From Antedon mediterranea (taxonomy: Eukaryota; Animalia; Echinodermata), in contig NC_092670.1 of the NCBI RefSeq assembly GCF_964355755.1, positions 37,188,388-37,252,387 of the forward strand: a stretch of DNA of 64,000 bases, given 5' to 3'. The notes under the pieces were generated by a model. That model saw only the letters and a program-made list of their open reading frames with translations. It did not search any database and was not told the origin of the DNA. Position 1 is the stretch's first letter; each line of letters opens with the position of its first letter. Below are positions 40,986 through 51,200 of this stretch, piece by piece. A program made the position numbers and the translations under genes.

Positions 40986-42224
40986 TATTTTTCACACATA
41001 CAGTATAAGTAAAAAGCATTTGATATAGCCATTTTATAAATTTTATTTTTATTAACCAAATGTATGCATAAACACAGAACAAAAACAAATATAAATGTTC
41101 ACACGCAAAAATAAATGTAATAAAAAATATAAACCTAATTAACAGTTATGCGCAAAGATATTTAAATAAAAAACATTTTATATAGCCATTTTATGTCTTT
41201 TATTTGTATTAACCAAATTTATGCATAAGTGTACTATTAGTGTACTACAGTAGTACTCATAATGAGGTCATCTTTGTCATGTTGAATAATATATGCTGTA
41301 ATATGTTTCTTTGCTCTAGGTGATTATCTGTAGAGGAAGTATACTATCCTTGACCTTTGTCGTTTTAAAATCTTTTTGAAAACTAACGAAACCAGAAAGA
41401 CTTCTTCCCTTATATGTACTTTTACATGTCGTATATTTTTGTACAAACTTTTTAAAGATAATTCTACCTCGTTTCAATTTTTAAATATGTAATTTTGCTT
41501 AAAAGCATTGGTTTTAATGGACCTTCTATGATAGAAAAAAGTAACTTTTTATTGGTTAATAAGAAAAACAACTGTACTGTATCCTGTACAGTAATATTTA
41601 AAAATAAATGCTACAAACTATTTAAAGTCATTTACGAAAGTAAAGTGTGCAGTACAGTACACAATACAAATGTTAACGTTTATCTATGCTTATACAAAAG
41701 AACCTCTTTTTTGGGGTACACATATTATGACCACTTTCTTGTGAAATGAAAAAAGAGCAGAGACACTCCTATTAAGGAGAAGTGGATACTTTGTTAGGGC
41801 CTAAAGATGTCCCCTTCATATTGGTTTTACTGTATTAATAAAAGATAAATTATATTACCGTATATATTCTATAATAATCACACCCCTAGAACATGAAATT
41901 GCGCCAGGTGGGGTTCGGACTATATCCGGAGAAAGCCTGGTTCAGGAAAACAAATTATTGGTAAACATTTGTTGTAAAAACGCATCTGAACTGGCTAGAG
42001 AGAGAGGCCCACAGTACATCCACACCAAAAGTCACTATACCCAAGGATATGATATCAGACATAAAGTAGGGTGTGGGATTAGACCAGAAGGGGATTAGAC
42101 CAGAAGGGGGATTAAATATTTAATTAAACATTTGATAAACATGTATTTATTTAATTGTTTTTTTTTTTTTGTTCTTTGCAGATAATTTGTTATGTTTGAC
42201 GGCTCATCATTGTGAGTTACTAGT

Positions 42225-42289
42225 ATGAGTACTGGTAGGCCTAGCCCAGCAATGGCAGGCAAGAGAAAATGGCCAGAAAAAGTACAAAA
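42225..42289 (+). CDS. NCOA: NCOA coding exon 1 (MSTGRPSPAMAGKRKWPEKVQ); exon begins at 42182 with 5'UTR
   Basis: Poly-T acceptor ...ctttgcag ending at 42181; in-frame TGA upstream at 42213; KRK like the p160 N-terminal NLS; donor GTAAGA at 42290, phase 2. Confidence 0.8.
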
Positions 42290-45200
42290 GTAAGAATTAA
42301 CAACTACTAATATACCTTGTCCGTGCAATAGATTTATGTATTCAATAATTAATTTTCCATTTAATTAACAACTTGTAAATAGAAAAAAAAAACATATTTT
42401 CTACAATTTACCATTTAATAATCTTAATCAATTTTAATATTACATAATTATATCCAGTAGTCTTGACCTAATTTAAAATGTTCCACTTTATTTTTATTTT
42501 GTTACATATTTACATTTTTTTTATCATCTTCTGAGAAGGATTGACCGGTCAAAGTTTTATTTTAAACAGGTCATTCCATGCCATGTGGACTATGTATTTT
42601 TGTATTTTTATGGCTAATAAAAAAATGAATGAATGAACCTCAGTAATTGTTAATTAGATATACTATCTAAAGATATAATTAGTAATATTAGAAAGATGAT
42701 TATGATGGAAATACCAAATATAATGTAAATGATGTCATACTGTAGATAATGAGTTTAATAATTATGGCAGAATAATGTTCAAAGGAAAATGAAATGTGTT
42801 TGAAATATTAATTCAGGCTAATTCTACAGTACTGTTTATATTTTTATCTTTTTTAGTAAACCACTAGGTAATAAACGCCGACGGGAACAGGAGAGTGCGT
42901 ATATTGAGGAGTTGGCGGACTTGATTTCTTCAAATAATTCTAACCTTGATTCATGGAATGTTAGGCCCGAAGAACGAGCAAAAGTTGAGGAGGTTGTCAA
43001 AGGCATTAAACAACAGAAGAAGCAACAAGGTATTGCATTCTGGGATATTGTGTTGCTCAGTAGCAGTTGATTGTTAGACAGCTTAAAGCTCTGTCTACAC
43101 TATCAAAATAGTTTTACAGAAAAGTGTGATGTGTCCAAATATATACAAGTGATATACACAAATATGGTACTGATATGCCTAAATATAGTAGTGATATGAC
43201 ATCATCATGTCCATATATGCTCACATCACATGTTTTTGTCACATAAAGTTTGATTGTTAACAGCTTAAGACCATTCAACCTAGAGAGTTTTCAAATAACC
43301 GTTATACAATGCCAAATACTGTTATCAGTTTATACCTATTTCAACCAAATATGCAATTATCACACATTTCTATGACTACTACAGTATGCCAAATTTGGAA
43401 AAGGTTGCTCTTTTAATCGGAAGTCCAATATCAAAAACCCCATTGATCACAAAAAACCTTCAAGCACTCTTTAATAATAATAGATACTTTATTTTAACAC
43501 CACAAAGGTGTTCTTCTACAAGGCCATTTACAATTTTACAAACCAACCTTCTACTGGACATTTATTTTGTAAAAATGATGTAAACATATGAATACAAACA
43601 AATAAAGGAGATCAAGATTTAAAGTAAAACTGAAAGAGTTATAATAGAAAAAATCAATCTTTGAATTAATTTAGTAAATAGCCTGTGATTTTGATCTGCA
43701 GTAGGCTACCCTGCTCATTTTCATTAAGTCCGATTTCCCTTTTTTAACCCGTAATTTACGCATCCAGGTATTGTAATCCTTAGGCCTTGGTTTATGATAA
43801 GCTATAGATCTGCACCAATCACAAAGCTCCTATACCCACTTCGGTCCCTATGACCAACATCATCCTAAGCATTGCCACCCACATGAGTCAACGTAAACTC
43901 AATCAGGAAACCGGCCAATAAACTTTGTAAAGGCTAATAGTAAAACATGGATTCCCATGCGTAATGGTAGGGAATACAACTCTAGTGAACGACACCTTCT
44001 CATTGGTCAGTGTCCTATTTGTACCCACCACAGGTAATGCTTAGTAGAGAATTAAGAATTGGATAGGAAAAAGATGTTAACGTAAGGTAATACATCATTG
44101 GTGTTAGGAATTATTCGAGTCCACATTGTTATAGTTAGCTGTGTAAATCTGATTGGGTAACGACATTATACATAAATCGTGTCGTTGACTGGACAGCTCG
44201 ATGTCACTAGAGGTATTATTTTAAAAGCAGCCAAACGTGATGGCTATGACTGACGGATTTGTAACTATAGGTGCTTACGGCAATGTATATTGCAAAAAAA
44301 ATATTATATCTCCGAAGAAAACAATGATTCAGAAAAAGACGAAGTTTTCTAAACTTTTTTAATGATACTGCTTACTGTACTTTACTCTTAAAATAGAATC
44401 ACTTTAGGTTTCAATACATTCATAATTAATTTAAAAGCTTGGTTAAATCTTCAAAAAGGTGTATATACTGTAGTAAGCGCTAGTTTAAATTTTCAAAAAG
44501 GTATAACTTTAGTAGTATTTTCAAACATTGTTAGGTTATCAGAGGTTAATGTTAGACTAAAGAAAGACTTTACATAATAATAAATGAGAGACCTTTAGAC
44601 CTAACAGAGACCTGAAATAAATTGTAGTTACATACTCTACAAGGAAGTTTATCTTTCCTGTCTCATCTGCTGTGGTTTTGTTTATATTGTTATCTTTTTA
44701 CATCTTTGCTTTATGATATAAAAATAAAATAAATATATCCATTCTTCTAAAACCATGAAGGTAAACCTCCATGTTTCAACTGACACTTTCACAGTACTAA
44801 ACGATTGTTTCTTGTAGCTTCAGATCCTTCAGTAGGCATTCAACATGATCATGTATCCTCAAGTAATCCAGGTGTAATAGCTAAAGACAAACTTGGACCA
44901 GTTTTATTAGAGGTAAGAGGTACAACCCATCGCCAAATTCAGTACCACTATTTAAAGGGACACCTTCTGGACACCTTAATAGGCATGTCCCAGAATGTGG
45001 TTGATGGCAGTGTTAAAAATATATTGCCTGGTATCCCCCCGAATAGGGTGTTCCCCCAAATAGGGGTCTCCTAACAAATAGGGGTCTTTCCCCCATATAT
45101 GCTATATATGTCCCCCAAAAGTAAGAGTTCCTGTAAAACTATAGTAACCACCATAATTGTGGAGTAGCTTTGTGTCAGGGTGTTGAGTAACTGGTCAGAT

Positions 45201-48200
45201 GTTTGCCATAATCTGACATAATTTGTATATAATAAGAACATTGAGAATACGTGTAAACAAATTCCCAAGTACCTATTGGTGCAGTAACTGCTGCTTACTT
45301 GGGCTTGAATCTAATCTGTAGCCTTCAGCGCAAGATCAGTTGTCCAGAGGTAAGAACGCCAGGCTAGTGATCTGGAGGTTGTGAGTCCCACACGAGAATT
45401 ATTTTCAATTACTTTTTATAAAGTACAAATTACGTCACAGTTACTGACCAATTATAGTAACCAGTAAATAAATTAAACCACTGTGCTGATACAGTTATTA
45501 GCCATGTACAGTTAATAAGCCATGTACAGTAAATTAGCCATGTACAGTTAATTTGCCATTTACAGTTAATTAGCCTACTAGTGCTCACTCGCATACTATA
45601 TCTGGTGTTGATTTCCAAACATTTGTAAATGCAGCAAGCCGCTTTTATTTCACAAAAAGGAATATAAATAATGTTATCTACAGTAAGTGAGTATTCGTTG
45701 GCAAGTTTTTAAATCCTTATCTAACAACGTTGTTTATTACATAGGCACTGGATGGTTTTCTGTTCGTTGTCAATAGCCAAGGAAAGGTCGACTTCATCAC
45801 GGAAAATGTCTCCTCATATTTGACATCAACTCAGGTGAGCTGCTATCTTTAAAGGTCACACTAGTTTACATTTAATCAGAAACCAATAGTTATAAATAAT
45901 GTAGTTTAGAGACAAGGTAGTAGTGGAGTTGTAGCTTGGTGGTTAACGTGCTTGCCTTCCAATCCCAAGGTCCGGGGTTCAATCCTGTCCCTGTGTCAGG
46001 GTTGTAACTCACGACTCTTTCAACTCCACTCCCTAAGCCTCAAATGAGACCTAATTTATAAACACGATAAATTATAAAATAGTTATATATAATATCCATC
46101 CTGTAATTGGCGTTTGTGCTCACTGTTAGATGCGTATGAAAGTTTTTTTAAAGCAAGGTGTCCTGTAATCCAGGGCTTTAAGTCAAGCTGTTCAAACTCA
46201 ATGATTAGATACTTATAAAACGGAAGTTCTGTCAGTGTGTTGGTCAGTACCGCACACTGTCTTTCTCTCTTTTCGATGTTGGCTGGAGCTGAAAATCATT
46301 GATGCATCACAGAGTAGTCTTCTATTAATCTGGCCTCTTACTTTAGCAAAGATGTGGTGCGAAGTTCTGTCAGTGTGTTTCCCGATTTATCGTAAAATAA
46401 AAAACGGTACTGGGTATGATTAACTAGTGTTCCCGCTTCAGCAGAACATCCATTCATAGAAACACTGATGAAAAAGTTTATCTAGTGAAAACTGTAAAAT
46501 GGTTCTAAGACATGACTACACTATGGCTTTATTTTACTATTTAAATTTTTTGTTAGAATTAATAACGTTTTGATTTTACAATCAATCGCGAAATCACCTC
46601 ACATATTATCAGCCCAAAATATGTGTTTTAATTTTATAGTTTTGCTGTTTTTACTTTGTAATTAAAGATATTATAATTTAAATGTTAATTTAATTCTTAT
46701 TTTTCATATCATATTTTATTATTTAATCAAAACTTGATTTAGAGTTATATAATCTTTTTGAAGATATGAAGATATTTAACACAGTATTATTAATAATTAT
46801 TATAATATGCAGTAATTGTTAATTCTTATCATAATGTTTATGTTCACACATAGTATTGTTTGCTTACAACAGCTTTTGTACAACTTACAAGTCCTAATCA
46901 TCTCTGCTGCTAGCTCAGTATTTCCCCAGAGTCGGTAATAATTCAATTTCAGTGGATTCTTAACACTATTCCACAGTATGCATTATAGGCATAGTACTAT
47001 TAATACCTGATACATTGGGGATGTTCTGTCCATCCAGTTAATTGCCTTGCCGGGAATAGAATCTTCGTTGTCGTCTGTGAAGTGGCTGATGAATTAGATT
47101 TATAAGGGTAAAATATGACATGCTGATGAGAATGCAACAACACAACCATATGGCTAAATTAGATTTCCGATAGATCTGATGCGATATTATTATAATATTT
47201 AATGTTCATTAGAATTAATCATAAAATTATGAAAATTAAATTGTAAAAATTCATAAGAATAACTGTTTAGTATTTAAATTGGTTTTACATAGACACAGAG
47301 ATAAAAACCTCCACTAAAAATGTGATAAAACATGATACAAAAATGGCAAAATATTTAAAACGTGTTCACAATTGTAGACTTGAAAATATTGAAAGAAAAC
47401 AGATAATTTATTATAGGAATAGCACAAGCTCTTGAATAATCCTCTGTTGGTTACATTGATACGACCAAAAGGAGGATTAAAAAGTCCTCGATTTCGGGTA
47501 TGCCAAGGTACACGAATGCTTAAAAAGTAATATAAAAAGGTTCCACTAAGAACTGCTGTCTTCTCATTGTTGTACTGAATATACATTACAATAAGGCAAG
47601 ACATCTGACCAATTAATTGATATATTAGTTGTTTAATCATATATTTTTTGCTTATTTGAAGGATGATTTAATGGGAATAAATGTATTCAGTTTGATTGCT
47701 CAATCAGATCACCAGCATTTCAGAAGTCTTTTACCACTCAGTAAGTAGCACATTATTTATCTTTTAGGCCAAAAAAAAGAGGTTAGTTAAAGATGTATTG
47801 TCTCCCAAAAATATGAAAAATGAAGATTAATAAAATCAGACTTTTAATAGGCCAACGGTTAATTTTAACCAAAAACCACATTTTTTCAGGTAATTTTTTT
47901 CAATCCAGTTTTTGGTCAAAATGAATAACTATACGTGACATTAAAATGGCATATTCAACAAAAAATGTGAAAAAAAAAAAAATTTAAGGAGACAATATAT
48001 CTTAGTAGTGTATATAACAAAACAGGAAATGGCAAAATTGTTAAATAAATAAAAAGGTTAATGCTGTGATGTACCAACATTCAGACGTTTGTCTAAAGTG
48101 TCCAGTCCCCGTTTACACACCTCGGAATCCTTTTCCATCCGTGACTAATTACTGGGCTTGACTTCAAACTGGCATTTCGGATTGCCGGATGTAGTCATAT

Positions 48201-51200
48201 AGGTGGCATTTTTTCCATGGTAGAATGCTTTTTAAGGCTATGATTGTGTTGGTGTTGACTCTTAGGGATGATTAGCAGCAAATTTGAACTCCCTAGATAA
48301 CTTTGTGTTTTACAATCTCATTGTGAAATGCTCGGTCTTGCGTATCAACATAAACCTATTCTTTCGCTGCATATTTTGATTTATTTTTATTTTAACCAAA
48401 TTGTTATTGCTATGCAATGTTGATTAACAACAAAGAAACAAATTCAGCTTTTTAACGTTGCGTCCCTTATATTTAATTTTATTTTTAATATGTATTTTGT
48501 AGTTTACAGAAGTTAATTTAATAAGGATTATATTGTCAATTGGGCTAAAAATGTACTTTTTTTTCCTATTTAGCAAATTTTCGCTAGTTGTTAAAATGAG
48601 CAATCTAAGCCTTGCACACTTTTGGTATGATTATAAAGTGACTATTTTTTCAAAATTGCAACTAGCAAACATCTTTAAATTAACTAAATGAATAAAATTA
48701 TAAATAATCTTGCTAGTTTTCTAGGTTAAATTTTGAGCCCTGATTGTCAAGTTTAAGACTCCACTTAGATACATTACCGAGAATCTGATGGGAATTTGAC
48801 GAGTACTGAAATGCCTTATCTTGTGTCTCCTTCACCCCTCAAACACTTAAGTTCTGTCTACACTATCAAACTAGTGTTATATACCCAAATATGGTAGTGA
48901 TATGACATCATCATGTCCATATATGGGCACATCACATTTTTTGTCACATAAAGTTTGATAGTTTAGACAAAGCTTTAGCTCAACATATGTACTGAAATAA
49001 TCTTTTTTTTTTACTTTACAGCGAATTACAGCTCATGGATGGGTAACAAGAGAAACCATACATCCTTTGAGCTGCGTATGAAAACAAAATCAGCAGATGA
49101 GACTGATATACATGAGGCAAGGTATATCAAAATGAAGTGTTCAGCTATGGTCAGGACCTCATTGAAGAACGATGACACTGGATCGTCCAACACAGGTGCA
49201 GTGAAAATATATAATAAATATTAATACACCATATTACTAATGAAATTGCTCATAGGTGAAGTACATAAAACGGATTTTCTTTTAATAGAGGGTTGCAATA
49301 GTGATAAGAACATACATTTCTCCCTGTATTTGTTTCACAGGAAAGTGTCCCTCTTTTAATACGAGTGTCCCACAGAAGCAGTTCCTTGAATATTAGTGTC
49401 CCAAAGGCGGGGGTCCCCTGAATATTAGTGTTCCAAAGAAGGGGTCCCTTGAATATTAGTGTCCCACAGAAGCAGTCCCTTGAATATTAGTGTCCCAAAG
49501 AAGGGGTCCCTTGAATATTAGTGTCCCAAAGAAGGGGTCCCTTGAATATTAGTGTCCCAAAGAAGCGGGTCCCCTAGAATATTAGTGTCCCAAAGAAGGG
49601 GTCCTCTGAATAATAGTGTTCCAAAGAAGGGGTCCCTTGAATATTAGTGTCCCAAAGAAGGGGTCCCTTGAATATTAGTGTCCCAAAGAAGGGGTCCCCT
49701 AGAATATTAGTGTCCCAAAGAAGGGGGTCCCCTGAATAATAATGTCCCAAAGAAGGGCGTCCCCTAGAATATTAGTGTCCCAAAGAAAGGCGTCCCCTAG
49801 AATATTAGTGTCCCAAAGAAGGAGGCCCCTTGAATATTAGTGTCCCAAAGAAGGGGTCCCCTGAATAATAGTGTTCCAAAGAAGGGGGTCCCTTGAATAT
49901 TAGTGTCCCAAAGACTGTGTATTGCTTTTTCTAACATAATATGTTATTTCATGACAAAACCAAATTTTAAAAATAAAATAACTGGTTTTCTAAATCTAAA
50001 TATAGTTTGTCTATTAATCTTTTACCTTTAATCAAAAAGATTGATAAAATCCAAATCTTGTACTATACATCTGTGTAAACAAACACAATTTACTTGTGTT
50101 TATTATTGATATGATATCGTGTTTAAACCATTCTGTTAATATTGTGTAGTTGATATTGAACAACAAATATTCAAAGTCTAATCTGGACCCTGGGGACTTC
50201 ACATGACTGTCTGTTTGCATGGGTTTCATGTTGGATTTACGTTTGATTGGATTCCATGTCAACATGGTGCTGTGGAACGGGACCTGCTTTATACATTATG
50301 CAGCCAATATGGCATTGATATACTCAATGTGTAAAGAGTATTTATATCTTAGCTAATACTTATTTAAAGCTTCCTATTCTGTATAGTGTTTCTTGTTTAT
50401 TCCTACAGATCAACCATCGCATTTATTTTGCATAGCAAGAAGGATGACAATGGATGAAATGAACACTGTACGGCCTAGCAACGAAATGTTTACAACAAAT
50501 CACGATTTAAGTGGGAACATTTTAATGGCGGATGTCGAGGGGCTCCAACCGCCGCATTATACCAAGGATCAACTGGTCGGCAAAAACTTCTTTGACCTTT
50601 GTCTAATGGCCGACCGAGAGCTTGTTAGAAATCATTTTGACGAAGGTACACCCATTTTTATATTGCATATATTTCTGAAATATGATAGAGGGCCATCTTC
50701 ATGCAACCATCTAAAGTTACAACATTCATATTCATTGTCATTATTTCCATATACAACGTAATAACAGATGAATTTGACTGTTAGAATGGATGTGCTTCCA
50801 CCAAACCTAAATTTTAAAACAGCATCCACCTTAGACAACTCTGGAAGTACTGGGTTTTCCCAGCGCCTAATCTTAGATTAAACCCATCCCTAGACTTGCC
50901 TAGCTAACATATACAATGAATTTCAAATGAACTTCATAATTTCAGAGACAATTTAAATAAAAATAGACCTGGATAGGTATAAGGTATTTATATTTGTCCT
51001 CAAGCTTAATTGGAAACTGAGGAAATTCGGATTAAGCCCTCCACAAACCCACGGTGCCTATCACATGCTAGTCCGATATTATCATTACACCATCACTCTC
51101 CGGTATACACAGCACCCGCCGTCTCCCATCCAGAATGCAACTGGACCCAACATTGCTTAACTTCGGTGATCTAACGAGAACTGGTGTTTCAACGCTGTAT

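Noticed and set aside
41320-41338. Micro-exon after the tttctttgctctag acceptor
   Set aside because: Donor (GTATAC) is weak and there is no independent support.
287-42100. Short ORFs in the six-frame track upstream of NCOA
   Set aside because: 60-104 aa, low-complexity, biased to AT-rich codons, or inside repeats; no recognisable domains except the LINE remnant at 36288-36509.
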